Shown here piece by piece: positions 1 through 14,656 of a DNA stretch of 64,000 bases. The stretch is from contig OZ024746.1 of NCBI GenBank assembly GCA_964016885.1, forward strand, positions 12,462,001-12,526,000. Direction: 5' to 3'. The number at the start of each line of letters is the position of its first letter. Position 1 is the stretch's first letter. The position numbers and the translations under genes were made by a program. Under the pieces are notes generated by a model, which saw only the letters and a list, made by a program, of their open reading frames with translations, ran no database searches and was not told the origin of the DNA. Source of the stretch: Eledone cirrhosa. Taxonomy: Eukaryota.

Positions 1-129
1 ATGCTTATGATTAAAGAAAAAGGAATTAAGAATACTATTTATTTAAGGTTTATATCCTTTCCTTATTATTATATGTTTTTCTTCTATCTATATTTTTTCT
101 TCCTCTTCCTTACCTTCACGTGTTTTTGA

Positions 130-699
130 GCGGTGCAAGATGAGCCCCAGGAGCGGAAGGCCCTCAACAACCAGGACTGAGGTCAACGTTGAGCGCGTCA
201 GGCAGATGGTGCGTAGCGATCGTCGGCTGACTGTTTGACTGATGGCAAATGAGCTGGGCATGGATCGGGACAGCGTCTGGAAGATTCTCACTGAAGATTT
301 GGACATGCGGAAAGTCTGCGCGAAGATGGTGCCAAAACTGCTGAACGATGACCAGAAGGGTCGACGCATGCAAGTGTGTCAGGACATCCTCGAGCGTCTT
401 GAAACCGAACCAGACTTGCTAGGGACAGTCATCACCGGTGATGAGTCATGGATCTTCGAGTACGACCCTGAGGGGACCCGTTTTGAAGACGTGGACGACA
501 TCAAAAAGGCCGTGACGACGGAACTGAGGAGGGTCCCGGAAGAATCCTTCCAGGAGTGCATGCAAGCGTGGCAGAAAAGGATGGAAAAGTGCATTAGACT
601 CCAGGGGGTTTACTTTGAAGGAGAAAACTCTTAGTGTGAAGTTTGGGTTTGAAATAAATCTTTTGTGACATCAGTCCTGGAACGTTTCTGACACACCTC

Positions 700-702
<3 letters not shown>
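130..702 (+). mobile_element. Mariner-type DNA transposon remnant, 5'-truncated and internally deleted, with its 3' TIR
   Basis: The translation has PRSGRP, CAKMVPKLL (WVPHEL-like), ITGDESW (first catalytic D) and the C-terminal [11 protein letters not shown]. It jumps from YDPE directly to GTRFEDV, so the rest of the DDD domain is missing. There is an in-frame stop near 236. It ends ...ctgacacacctcg-TA against (TA)n. Confidence 0.9.
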
Positions 703-791
<89 letters not shown>

Positions 792-814
792 CGTACCAGA
801 GTATATATATATAT

Positions 815-1010
815 ATAGGAACGAGTAGGACCCCGACGGCTGCGCTCAAGCCGTTTCGACGGCTAATTCTGGACTGAATTAGCCGTCGAAACGGCTTGAG
901 CTCAGCCGTCGGGGTCCTACTCGTTCCTATTACCCACTCTACTACCCTAAGTATTGAGTACTTTGGTGCGTTATGGTCCATCTGGTTCCTTACCACATTT
1001 CCTTCGATGC
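815..1010 (+). mobile_element. Foldback PLE-terminus-like element, family A, holding the 3' half of an HHR
   Basis: Hairpin 815-930 next to (TA)n. GAAACGGCT-tgagctc-AGCCGTC reads as GAAA, stem III and a GUC triplet. Homologous copies at 33458-33647, 29125-29188 and 24358-24398. Confidence 0.65.
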
Positions 1011-1299
1011 CCCTGGACATTCCGCACACCACCTCACAGTCTGTGGCCTACTCCAATGCCACGGAACACCCGCCAATCTCCTAAGAGTCGAACAACGGAC
1101 CATCGTCACCCTACAGACCCACACTCCCCCCGTACACCTACACACACACACCACCTTCAGCCCTCCCCGCTCGGACACCCCGTTTCCCTCTCCCCACTCC
1201 ACCCGCCACCACCCCTACACGCCCCACACCCTTCCACCACCTGTTTTACCCCATTTTAATTTTATTTTGATCGTGCCTTTATTTTTAATTTCATTTTCA

Positions 1300-1505
1300 C
1301 CGTTTCCTCTCACCCCCTTTTTGCTATATGTCTCTCCACCACTCCCCTACACACCCTTTGAACTCTCTTCCCACACACTTTTCACCTGAAGAAGGGCTTA
1401 TGCCCGAAACGTCGTTCCCCACCACCACTCCACTCTCAAGAGCGTGAAATTAATAAACCTTTGTTTGTACTGCCTCTCTGTTTTGTTCCTGTTCAATTTT
1501 TCACT
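1300..1505 (+). mobile_element. PLE-terminus-like element, family B, with a minimal type I HHR at about 1383-1415
   Basis: ac-CTGAAGA-a-gggc-ttat-gccc-GAAAC-GTC-gt followed by AATAAA. Copies at 28620-28826 (+) and 55479-55685 (-), with a tail only at 22526-22588 (-). Stem I is just 2 bp. Confidence 0.7.
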
Positions 1506-1514
1506 ATATATACA

Positions 1515-1968
<454 letters not shown>

Positions 1969-1973
1969 TATAT

Positions 1974-2030
<57 letters not shown>

Positions 2031-2126
2031 GGTGTGTGTGTATATATATATATATATATGTGTATATATATATGTGTGTGTGTGTGTATGTATGTGTGTA
2101 TCTGGATGTATGTGTATGTATATATA

Positions 2127-2157
<31 letters not shown>

Positions 2158-2200
2158 GTGTGTGTATGTGTATATATGTGTGTATGTATATGTATGTGTG

Positions 2201-2247
<47 letters not shown>

Positions 2248-3389
2248 GTGTATGTATATGTATATGTATGTGTGGATGAAGGTATGTGCGTATATATAGG
2301 TGTAAGTGCACTAAATCCCTTTCTATCACGCTCCACTCTCCTACCGACCACAGGAAGATATATGTATGTATATTGTTTCCACCCCCTCACTGACCAGCAG
2401 CTGGCCAGCTGGCCATTGCTAAATCTGACCTTTATAAAATAACCCACACCCCAAATAACTTCTCATTCACTACCAGAAAGGGACACAGCAGTCAACTAGC
2501 TGCTACCAAGATGAAAACTACTATGAAATCCCACAATGAATTTTATACTTGAATTTTCAAATCTCAAATTTTAACTCTTCGTATTATTAATTTTTCTTAA
2601 TATTAATCAACATTTGAAAAGATGGCTTTTGCAGACCCATCGAAACCGGTCATTTTTTATACCCTTTATTATTTCCTTACCTTATAAAATTATATGTTTT
2701 TTCACAAAAAAGTATTCTGTCTCTTATATATTCCATGTGCCATTACCAACCTCAATTTTCTCTATAACCTTCGTTTTGTGTAGAAAATTACACTTTTCAT
2801 ATATACATATATATATACATATATATATACATATATATATATATGTATATATACACACACACACACACACATAACTGTAGATTAGCAAAATATATTTGCT
2901 TATATTTCATTGTAGTCCACGTAGCCATTGTCATCTGAGCAGTAATAAATAAAAGAAGACAGACTTAACAACAACAACAACGAGTTGATATGATACAACT
3001 ATTCAACCAGGGACGTTTACTGAAGAAAGAAATACTAAGTAGTATTGATTCATAAACAGAACATATTATTAATCTGTTTCCCAAACACATTGACAACGCC
3101 GCTACTACTGCTATTGTTGACATCATCACCATCACCATCATCATCACCATCATATCTATGACAGCCTTCACCACTATCATCACCACCAACTCCACCATAT
3201 AAATAACCCACACCACCACTACCAAGTCCGCTATCGCGTCCTCCATGTCGCTTCCGCTACAAATATTTACAAAAGATCTTTTCCAAAAATGACTGACAAA
3301 CTAACTCATTCAAACGTCATAGTCTCTCTCACTTTCTTTCTTTTTTTCCCTCTCTCTCTCTTTTTCTCATTCCTGTATTATATATAGAT

Positions 3390-3488
<99 letters not shown>

Positions 3489-3505
3489 TGTGTGAGTGTG
3501 TGAGT

Positions 3506-3536
<31 letters not shown>

Positions 3537-3641
3537 CGTGTGTGTGTGTGTGTGAGTGTGTGAGTGTGTGTAAAAGGTAAACAGAAATAACAGAAATGGA
3601 AGGTATATATTAGGTTAACGCTTGATATAGCAGGGAGAGGG

Positions 3642-3677
3642 TCTTAACGTTTCGGACGCAAGTCCTTCATCAGAAGA
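3642..3677 (-). ncRNA. Minimal type I hammerhead ribozyme, family C (element about 3570-3770)
   Basis: The minus strand reads tctt-CTGATGA-a-ggac-ttgc-gtcc-GAAAC-GTT-aaga: 4-bp stem I, 4-bp stem II and a palindromic ACGT stem III. A near-identical copy is at 35834-35869. Confidence 0.8.
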
Positions 3678-3808
3678 AAGAATGAGAAATAAGATAGATT
3701 GAGGGGACGGGCGGGTTGGAATTGGAAAAAATGTCTTTAGATAAAAATAACAGGTCCATTCATGTTGACATCTCTTGTAAAACTGTTGGTGCTGGCGTTT
3801 TGTGTATG

Positions 3809-4147
<339 letters not shown>

Positions 4148-4202
4148 AGATCAAAAGATGGTTAAAAGAGTTCCATCTTTTGATCTTATATATTATGTAT
4201 AT

Positions 4203-4281
<79 letters not shown>

Positions 4282-4383
4282 GGTAAACAGAAATAACAGA
4301 AATGGAAGGTATATATTACAAACTGTAGAGTGCTTCTTATCCGATATCTGCATTGCTTTATTGTACTACAATAAAACTCACCT

Positions 4384-4426
<43 letters not shown>

Positions 4427-4984
4427 ACACACACACACATTAATATATGTAAAATGGCAGGAGCTCAGCCGTCGGGCGGGATCCCGAATTTTTCATATAT
4501 ATATTTATAAATATATGTATATGATGATCGCTTCATCTTTGCCGATGATTGTCGTCTCTCTGTATTCTTCCAACCCCGTCACCACCCCAAACGTCCGTTC
4601 ATGACCTTTTACGTGACTTTTAAGTCCAGCTGCAGAATTGCACGGTCTGCAGCAAATGTGATAGGCAAAAGATGTGACCCCTATTGGATTAATTGGTTTG
4701 TGACCCCTATTGGATTAATTGGTTCGGTTTGTGGGTTGTCATCTTTATCTACTCTCATATACCTTTTAAGACCAGAGATTTGTTTTCAGGATTTTTCTGC
4801 ATGCTACTGTGGAAAGTATCGGAAAGGAGATGTTTTGTATTGAAATATACTGGGTAAAAAAAATCATTATTTTGTTTTATGTGTCATTCTTTATCTCAAT
4901 ACCACCTTAATATATATATTTCTTCCGATTGTACTGGCTTTCTGAAGTTCTTATCACTTATTACACACACAGACACGCGCGCGC

Positions 4985-5045
<61 letters not shown>

Positions 5046-5484
5046 TACCTATGACAGTAGAGATGTCAGCTGTGTGTGTATACATAACACTAACTGCAAT
5101 AGAGATATTGTGAACCAGGAGGGATTGTAGTCCCAGAATCAAAATTCGTGCGTGACCAGGGAATTGTTCTGAGTAATGATGCGTCGTTTCATGTGCGTAT
5201 CAACAAGATGGCAACAATAAGCAGACGATAAACCCGATAGATTTTGAGAGGATTCAGAACAAGTGATCAGTAAACCATATTGCTATCTGGGTTATTGCTC
5301 TCAACTACGATCTGTTAAATTATCTGCAGAAATCGAAGCAGTGGAACATGTCAGTGGAACATGTCAGTGGAACATGTCAGCTATTGGGAGAGACTCTACT
5401 CCCTCAAGTGAACACAGAAAAGATATACAGTGATATAAATACAAAAGATCTCGGGTGTCTTCTCACTAAACACTCGCCATGGTG

Positions 5485-5670
5485 ACTTGGCAATATCGGT
5501 AGAGGGTTGGACGCCATGCTTTGCAGCAAAGAGTTACTTCCCTTTATGGACTGAGTTCAAATCCCGTCGAGGTTAACTTTGTGTTTCATCCTTACGGGGT
5601 CGATAAAATAAAGTACCAGTAATACACTGGGATATTTGCTGGCCTTGTGCCAAATGTAGAAACAATTATT
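5485..5670 (+). mobile_element. tRNA-derived SINE, the dominant Octopus-like family
   Basis: A-box-like tggcaatatcgg, B-box gagttcaaatccc, central ttcatccttacggggtcgataaaataaagtaccag and tail gtagaaacaattatt. Confidence 0.85.
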
Positions 5671-5777
5671 ACACGGCGAGACTCTATTCGTATGTACACA
5701 CTTCACGAAGATCGTTCCCCGCGGGCATTGCCCCTCTCTTTCTCTCTCATAGAGAGAGGGGGAGAGGGGGAGACAGG

Positions 5778-7047
5778 GATGATATTGAAGATGATGGTGA
5801 TGGGGGTGATATTGATAATGACAATGATGACGTCAATGGTGATGGTGATGACGGTGGTGGTGGTGGTGGTGGTGGTGGTGGTGATGGTGGTGGTGATGAT
5901 GGTTGTCATAGTGATGACGTTGGTCGTGGTGGTGATGGTGATGATGGTAGTGATGGTGGTGATGATGGTAGTGATGATGGTGGTGGTAGTGAGGGTGATG
6001 ATGATGGTGATGGTAGTGATGGTGGTGATGGTAGTGATGGTGGTGATGGTAATGATGGTAGTGAGGGTGATGATGATGGTTGTGGTGGTGATGGTGATGA
6101 TGGTGATGGTAGTGATGGTGATGATGGTAGTGATGGTGATGGTAGTGATGGTGATGATGGTAGTGATGGTGGTGGTGGTAGTGATGGTGATGATGATGGT
6201 AGTGATGGTAATGGTAGTGATGGTGGTGGTAGTGATGGTGATGATGGTAGTGATGGTGATGATAGTTGTGGTGGTGGTGGTGGTGGTGGTGGTAGTGATG
6301 ATGGTAGTGATGGTGATGATAGTTGTGGTGGTGGTGGTGGTGGTGGTAGTGGTGATGGTGGTAGTGATGGTGATGACGATAGTTGTGGTGGTGGTGGTGG
6401 TAGTGATGATGGTGGTGGTGGTAGTGGTGATGGTGGTGGTGGTAGTGGTGGTAGTGATGGTGGTGGTAGTGATGGTGATGATGGTAGTGATGGTGATGAT
6501 AGTTGTGGTGGTGGTGGTGGTGGTGGTAGTGATGATGGTAGTGATGGTGATGATAGTTGTGGTGGTGGTGGTGGTAGTGGTGATGGTGGTAGTGATGGTG
6601 ATGACGATAGTTGTGGCGGTGGTGGTGGTAGTGATGATGGTGGTGGTGGTAGTGGTGATGGTGGCGGTGGTAGTGGTGGTAGTGGTGGTGGTGGTAGTGA
6701 TGGTGATGACGACAATAGAACCACTCAAACATTTGCTGTGTTCATCCTGATACATTATTTTATCTTGTGCCAAAAGTAGAAACAATTATTTTATCGGTTG
6801 TTATATAATAAACAATATGACCTAGACAACTTTAAAGCACAATACCACCACCACCACTTAAAACACCACTTCCACCACCACCACCACCACCATCACAACC
6901 TTCCCCACCACCACCACAAACAACAACCACATCACCACCTCCACCTCTCTACGACCATCATCAACAGCCACACCACCACCGCAAACACCGCCACCATCAC
7001 TACCACCCATCAACACCGCCATCAACAACCACACCATCGCCTACTCG

Positions 7048-7093
<46 letters not shown>

Positions 7094-7094
7094 G
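5778..7094. repeat. (GTG/GAT)n compound trinucleotide tract, followed by (CAC)n and (TAC)n
   Basis: Low-complexity repeats read directly from the sequence. Confidence 0.95.
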
Positions 7095-7979
7095 AATCGT
7101 CTGCCTTCCGGCAATCGTTTTATCTTGTATTATCTGAAGAACTGTTTGGCTCCTACTATTTCCTTCCTGTCTGCTATTATAACAAATCTTTCTACAATAC
7201 TACAATTGTTCTAGTGGCTATTGCCATTGTACCACGTGGTCGTCGCTAAGTTAGTGTCCCGATTTTCGCCCACCTCACTGTTTGGGCCTCATGTACGCTA
7301 GTCTCACTACTGTGAGTTGGTTACATCGCCTGGGAGATGTCACGTGATAGTTGTCTCATACGAAAGAAAGAAGGAAAGAACCTGTTGTAATTACAATCTT
7401 AATAATTTTTACTAACTTGAATTCAAACACGTTATTATCACTGTTATTTAGGCTTAATTTAGTTACCTTAACCATCCATTCTTTAAAAAAAACATTTTTA
7501 GACATATTATACCATGGCCTTATGCAACTTTTCTTTTAAAGAGATTAGAGTATGGTTTGAGGGAGATTTAACTTCTATTTTAATAAAATAAAGTAACCAG
7601 GTAGAGGTTATCTTGCCAGCTTGTGTTACAATTGTTTTACTATGAAGGTAAGGGCACCTTCCAGGGACTTAAAATATATATAGTTTAAACTGAGGTGGAA
7701 CTCGTAGTAATATTTCAGTAGGCGAGAGATCGATATCAATAGGTAAATAAAATATAGAAAAGTCCAATATATTGTATGACAATTAACTGTATATGATAGT
7801 GCACATACTTAAATATGGAATGTTACGCGATGCCCCCCCCCCCCCACACACACAACCCCGACCGAAAAGGATGAAGAAGGCGTTACCCCGGAGGACGGTA
7901 AGGGAAAGCCACTTCAACTCGTGGGGTTCACACCTGCGGCTGGCCAGCTCAGCGCCTATGGTAAGGGCAATTATGTGTG

Positions 7980-9040
7980 TGGTGGATTGGCAGTATCGGT
8001 AGAGGGTCGGACGCCATGCTTTGACGCATAGAGTTACGGCCCTTGCCATTCTGAGTTCGAATCCCGCCGAGGTTAACTTTGCCTTTCATCCTCACGGGGT
8101 CGATAAAATAAAGTACCAGTAATGCACTGGGTAATTGCTGACCTTGTGCCTAAAGTAGAAACAATTATCTGTGTGGTTGCAAGCTTCGAAGTAGGTTCCT
8201 ACTGGAAACATTAACCTTCTTATCTTCTCGAACATAAGTCGCTACCATTGTACCTAAAGTAGAAACAATTATCATCTATTAAAGGTGAGTATTTGACTTG
8301 TCTGAAGTAAAATATCCAACAATAAATCATTTTACTTTAAATGGTTTCAAATCTTGTAAGAAATGAAACCGATTATTGTCACTCCTAAATCATTGTATAC
8401 AATCTTTTAGTCGGATGTTCACTTGACCTTATTATTATTATTTGGCAGCAAGGGTAGAGCGTTAGACAACATACTTGACAGCATAGAGTAACGACCCTTT
8501 ACGTTTTGAGCACAAATCTCGCCGACGTTAGTTTTGCTTTTCATCCTTACGGGGTCGATAAGATAAAGTACCAGTAATGCTCTAGGGTCGATTTAATCCT
8601 CTAATTACTGGCCATGCGCCTAAAGTAGAAACAATTATTATTATTAATGTCGGACGCCATGCTTTGCAGCACAGAGTTACGTCCCTTTACGATCTGAGTT
8701 CGAATCCCGCCGAGGTTGACTTTGCCTTTCATCCTCACGAGGTCGATAAAATAAAGTACCAGTAATACACTGGGTAATTGCTGGCCTTCTGCCTAAAGTA
8801 GAAACAATTATTATTAATGTGGTTAATTATTATTATTATTAAGGGTGGTGGGTTGGCAGTATCGGTAGAGGGTCGGACGCCATACTTTGCAGCAAAGAGT
8901 TACGGCCCTTTATGGTCTGAGTTCAAATCCCTCCGAGGTTAACTTTGCCTTTCATCCTTACGGGGTCGATAAAATAAAGTACCAGTAATACACTGAGTAA
9001 TTGCTGGCCTTGTGCCAAAAGTAGAAACAATTATTATTAA
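7980..9040 (+). mobile_element. Cluster of four same-strand SINE copies (about 7980-8168, 8440-8640, 8648-8812, 8843-9038)
   Basis: The SINE consensus recurs, and several copies begin inside the (TTA)n tail of the previous one. Confidence 0.9.
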
Positions 9041-10433
9041 TGTGGTGGTCATGTCTGGACCCTGAAACCCTAGCAATGTTAAGTGTATGAAACTTTGTTT
9101 AGACTAAATAAGCTCCCTTCCAATAGATTTAGCACTTCTTTCATCTACATATTTCTACCAACGTATATATATATGTGTGTGTGGGTGGGTACGTGGGTGT
9201 GTATGTGTGTGTGTACGTGCATATGTGCGTGTGTATATGTGTGTGTGTGCGTGCATGCGTGGGTGTGTACGTGCGTGTGTACGTGCGTGTGTGGGTGCGT
9301 GTTTATGTGTGTGTGTGCGTGCGTGTGTGTGTGTGTGCGTGCGTGGGTGGGTGTACGTGCGTGTGTGGGTGCGTGTTTATGTGTGTGTGTGTGTGTGTGC
9401 GTGCGTGTGTGTGTGTGTGCGTGCGTGGGTGGGTGTACGTGCGTGTGTGGGTACGTGTTTATGTGTGTGTGTGTGCGCGTGCGTGGGTGGGTGTACGTGC
9501 GTGGGTGGGTGCGCGCGCGCGTGTCTGTGTGTGTGTGTGTGTAAAGAACGGGGTGTTCTCATGCTCGGAGATGCAATAACATAGCTTAGAAAACAGGGTG
9601 AAGACTCTTTAAGGCGAAAAAAGAAGTTGCCATCGGCCGCTATGAGAAATCGAATCCTATATTATACTTCGATACATATATATCTATATATCTATATAAA
9701 TATATGAGACGGAGAGAGAGAGGGTGAGGGGTGGGGTTTAGAAAGGATATATAGATGAAAATGTACTCTTACATATATGTATATATATATTGTATTATTG
9801 TCTTCATTTTACGGGATTGTTTAAACAGCCTTGTTTGTGTGCGTGCTTGCACAATGGTTTAAACGAGGAAACATTAGACACTAAACTACAACAGGAACAA
9901 GTAACTGTAGCTATATCGCTTGTATATTTCCATCTTGTATAAATAAACGCTAACAAAGAATCCGGCTTTAGAGAGTTGTAGGTGAGTGGGATATACATGT
10001 ATGTGCCATTTATGCGTGTAGGCTGTGTGGTTGATGATGTGTGCGTACTGTGTTTGTTCTTGTACAAATAATTGTATAGCAGCAAAGCTGTCCTGTTGGA
10101 TAGCTAAACTACTTGAGAAGTAGTAAATCACTATAGTATTACTGAATGTTTTTATAAAGATTATAAACTCAATTGTGATTAGGTTTCTGGCATCGATCGA
10201 TGTCCTATTCGTTCTAAGACAAAGCAGAAACTATTACAAAATAGGACACGGCTGAGAGAGGTTACTTTACTCCTGCTAGGCTTCATAATTCTGGATATGT
10301 ATGGTCTCTTGATTGACTTTATCTATTTGTCCTTTGTATTCGGACATGGTGTATATGTATATGTTTCACGGACATTACCTACGTGAAAGAATCTAGGAGA
10401 GAGATTATTCTTTGAAGAGGTCGAAAATTCATA

Positions 10434-10619
<186 letters not shown>

Positions 10620-10825
10620 TTGTTAGTGAAAGTATCCAGATCTTACACAGAGGATTGAGAAATATATATGTTTTACTTTTACAGATGATAGTTATCAAAT
10701 AAAATGACTTTTGTAACACATTAGAAATACAAACATTGATTTTACCAAACATCAACATTTGTTTAATCTGATTATGAAATGTCCTCTCCTCCGCCACTCT
10801 TATGGAAAACAAACAAACGATCATG

Positions 10826-11005
10826 CAGTATCGGTAGAGGATCGGACGTCATGCTTTGCAGCATAGAGTTACGGCCCTTTATGGTCTGAGTTCAAATCCC
10901 GCTGAGGTTAACTTTGCCTTCCATCCTTACGGGGTCGATAAAATAAAGCTCCAGTAATACACTGGGTAATTGCTGGTCTTGTGCCAAATGTAGAAACAAT
11001 TATTA
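10826..11005 (+). mobile_element. SINE copy
   Basis: Matches the dominant SINE consensus. Confidence 0.9.
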
Positions 11006-12581
11006 TTTCTCTTGGACGGTGTGTCAGCGGTTTTACCGTTCCGTGAATCTAACATGGCTTGAGCCAATACTGACCGAAACATATGGCAATTATCGCAATA
11101 TGGTTTACTTATTTGTCGACCCCGGATGGATGCAAGGCAAAGTTGACTTAAACAGTTACATTTACTTTTATTTCCGGGCACTGGATATATATAATTTGTT
11201 TGGCACCTATCTTCAGAAGAATTTCGTTTAAATGAAACGCTGTTACATTACACTTCGTTATGTATCGGTATTTTAAGAACCATTCAGTATGTAATATAAT
11301 TGTAATTATATTCCAGTCTCAGTTTACCAGCAAGTTCATACCGGAAATGTCTTACCCTCTGCCAAACAAATCCGTAGTCATTTTGTTATAAATCCATTAA
11401 TTACTAATTAATGCCTTTTTTTAAATAAGAGTGAGCCCTATATTTAATGTCTAATGAAAAACTTCCTCTTAGAAATAACGTATGGTATTGTTATACGAAG
11501 CACACATATACACATATATATATAATATATTCAAGTGGAAGTTTAGTAAAATCGAAGTTTTGGCTGTGGCCAAGCTAACGATATATAATTAGGAATGTGC
11601 AGCAAAGCACTCGATAAGGTTGCAGGCCTTAGAGTAATAACATACGTTTAGACAGCTTGACAAATTGAAAATTGCGGCAGGTAAGCCTAGCCACATAATA
11701 CCAAATCAACGAAAAAACTAATCAGGTTAAATATATATATTTGTGTGCGCGTGTATGTGCGTGTGTCTAATTTCTAGTGTTTATCATGGGCAAACTGCAG
11801 CCCGTTTCACCTTTTGAATGGCACACTTAACTTTAAAATTGCTTTGAAGTTTTTAGTAGTTCGGTCCACCTTATGATGAGCCACATCCTATGCGGCCCAC
11901 TACTCGTAAATGTTTGTCATGCTTAATAAGAGCTGAGTAACTTTAAACATATATTCAAGCGTAGGGTATGCAAACAACTACCCCGTCCCCAAAATGTATG
12001 TAGACTCTATGTCATACAGCGTATCTTGGTCCTATTTCGTTCTCTCTCCATACCCCAAATACTAGCAATAAAAACAAAGACATTGGTCTTGTTCTTTATT
12101 GCTATTTTAAGTTAGCCTTTTACTGTTGATGTTATTATCGTCCGTTACTCGTTTTGCTGCAAGTTGAATATAATTTGAGGCACTAAATATCTTTTGAAAT
12201 ACTGGGCTGTAAAATAAGAACGACACAAAAGTTTTTTAAGCAACAAAAAAAGGAAAACAAATCCAATAAAAAAAAATGAAATAAACTTTTATCACGTGAT
12301 CAACTAATTGGTGTTATTTCAGTTATTTTAATTCTCTTGTTAAATCTATTGTTTCTTGTTCATAGTAAACCGTTGGATATCAATATGTCTAGATAATTGA
12401 TTTAATTAATGTTTCCTGTGCCAAAATGATTAGCCATACAGTATTAGCTCATACTTATTAGCTTAATTTGTAACATTATAACTTAATAGTACCAGTAATG
12501 TACTGGGTGATTGCTGGCCTTGTGCCAAATGTAGAAACAATTATAACTTAATAGGTCATTTGTGAAAGGGTGCAGTTTTAG

Positions 12582-12782
12582 TTAAGTGCTGTTGTTATTA
12601 TTGCCCTGCTTAATCAGACTAAGGCACATGTGGATGTGGCTGTATATGTTATTGCTGTTACTGCAATAATTGTGTGTGTTTTAGTTAGTGTTCTTTTGCA
12701 GAGAGCATTCCTTAAAACCACTTATAGAGAGAGCCTTTCCTTTTCGACCAAAACATCATCAACATCTACAAGTACCCTTTAA
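12582..12782 (+). CDS. Candidate terminal coding exon or pseudo-exon of a membrane protein
   Basis: After ttttag there are 66 open codons, LSAVVIIALLNQTKAHVDVAVYVIAVTAIIVCVLVSVLLQRAFLKTTYRESLSFSTKTSSTSTSTL*, with a TM-like segment in non-repetitive sequence. I recognise no homolog. Confidence 0.25.
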   Translation, partial: LSAVVIIALLNQTKAHVDVAVYVIAVTAIIVCVLVSVLLQRAFLKTTYRESLSFSTKTSSTSTSTL

Positions 12783-13109
12783 AGTGGAAGGTAGGGCTGC
12801 GGAGAAAGGTTATATGCACAAAAGTGGAAGGTAAGGCTGGAGAGAGAGGTTATATGCACAATTTTAAGTTTTACATTTTAGTATTTTTGTATTTTGTACG
12901 TTGAGGAATTATGCATACCCTAAATGTCATTTTTTATTTTCGCTAGTGTACATAATTGTTTTATATTTCTGTTGCTCTTGTGGAAAATGTTTTTTTTTTT
13001 TTTTAAATAAGCATAAAGCCAGAAATTTGTGGTGAAGTTAATTGATTAAACCGACTCCAATATTTTACTGGTACTTTATTTTGTCGGGGCCGAATGAATA
13101 AAAGGCAAT

Positions 13110-13260
13110 GGCCTAATGGTTAGGGTGTTGGACGTACGGTTATAATGTCGTGGGTTCAATTCCTGGACTGGGTTGTGTGTTGTGTTCTTGAGCAAAATAC
13201 TTCATTTCCCGTTGCTCCAATATACTCAGCTGAGTTTCAGCGATCGACTGGCGTCTTGTC
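13110..13260 (+). mobile_element. Second tRNA-derived SINE family
   Basis: ggcctaatggttagg (A box), gggttcaattcc (B box), then a core-like tgtgttcttgagcaaaatactt. Confidence 0.7.
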
Positions 13261-13299
13261 TCGTTTTCTATGTTATTTGTGCATTAATATATATGCACA

Positions 13300-13488
13300 G
13301 GGTGGTGGATTGGCAGTAAAGGTAGAGGGTCGGACGCCATGCTTTCCAGCATAGTTACGTCCCTTTACGATCTGAGTTCAAATCCCGCCGAGGTTGACTT
13401 TGCCTTTCATCCTTACGGGGTCGATAAAATAAAGTACCAGTAATGCACTGGGTAATTGCTGGCCTTGTGCCTAAAGTAGAAACAATTA
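13300..13488 (+). mobile_element. SINE copy, full length
   Basis: Matches the dominant SINE consensus. Confidence 0.9.
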
Positions 13489-13554
13489 ATATATATGCAC
13501 ATACATTGATATATACATATACATGTATATGTGTTATATATATATTGACACTTC

Positions 13555-14010
13555 TATGTACGCAATTTCAATGAGTCGGAATGATTGGACTTCTATTCTG
13601 TTGGGCATCCATTTGGACTCAACTAATATGTCCACTGTTGTAGTTTTCGTGTCTCTTAAAACATTTTTATTCCAATCCAATCCAGGGCCACCTCACTCCT
13701 GTCGGAGGAACCTTTCCCTGGTTGACTTCCACCGCTTTCTTTTGATTTGATTTTCGTTAAGTCAGGGGTGTAGCTGTGCTCACCATGCTGGGCCAATGGC
13801 TGGTTGGTGAGGCTATTTAACTAATAGTTGGGATTAAGGGCTGTTGACTCTGAGGAGTTCATCCGCCATTATAACAGTTCTTGCTTTTTGTGGTGGTGGG
13901 GATCTCTTTACCTTCCTCACCAGACCCGGCACTGGTAAGGGTAACCGGTTCTCACCAGACCCGACACTGATAAGAGGAACCGGTTTAGTGGCCGACCACT
14001 CGACTAGTGT
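13555..14010 (-). mobile_element. Possible 5' end of an RTE-like LINE
   Basis: A GC-richer structured segment. The minus-strand translation ends ..FRLIEIAY, reminiscent of the start of an APE domain. Weak support. Confidence 0.3.
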
Positions 14011-14656
14011 CATTTTTTGTTTTGTTTTTCTTCTTTGATTGGAATGCTAAGTATGATGTATAAAACTATGTTTCTTGAATGAGAGTAATTTACTTGGAGA
14101 TACTTGATAAACATTCGTCGTTGAGACATTACCAACAAAGAGATATTCAGACATCCATACAATAGTGAAGGATTCGTGTTTGTCATATTCAACGTAGGAA
14201 AAAGAAAGGTTTATTAGAAGCACGGAAGCGAACCCAACAATAGCTTACATTAAAAAGAATGTTATTATAAAAACATGTTCTAATGTCACTGGGAAGTGTT
14301 TTCCAAGTCGTTCAGTGCAGCTCAAACATCGTTTTTCCCTCTTATATTTATATAAATGAACAATTGATTTTTTTATAATGATATAAAGGTAGAGATTATT
14401 AAGAGAGACTAAAATAAAGTGAATGTGGAGCTAGACTTCTAGTGGTGTTTGCCACATATCTCCTATTTGTTCTTGTCACTCATATGTTCAGTCACTCATT
14501 CAGTCACTCATTCTTGTCACTCATTCTGTTCAGTCCAATATAAGAATAAATATTAAGTCTTTCCACTAAAGCTCCTAGAAAGTCAAAGGCGAGGTTCATA
14601 ACTAAAGAAGCGCGATTTCAACATACTTGGATGTCATTCAGTTCCGGCATAATATA

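Noticed and set aside
5647-6785. Long ORFs of 270-367 aa (poly-V/M, poly-T, poly-H, poly-P)
   Set aside because: Stop-free frames of a (GTG/GAT)n tract, open in several frames and on both strands.
13300-13395. tRNA gene
   Set aside because: The A and B boxes belong to SINE heads that continue into the SINE core. I could not build a convincing cloverleaf.
13806-13950. HDV-like ribozyme suggested by ggtgagg/cctcacc
   Set aside because: I could not build P2, P3 and the catalytic C convincingly by eye.
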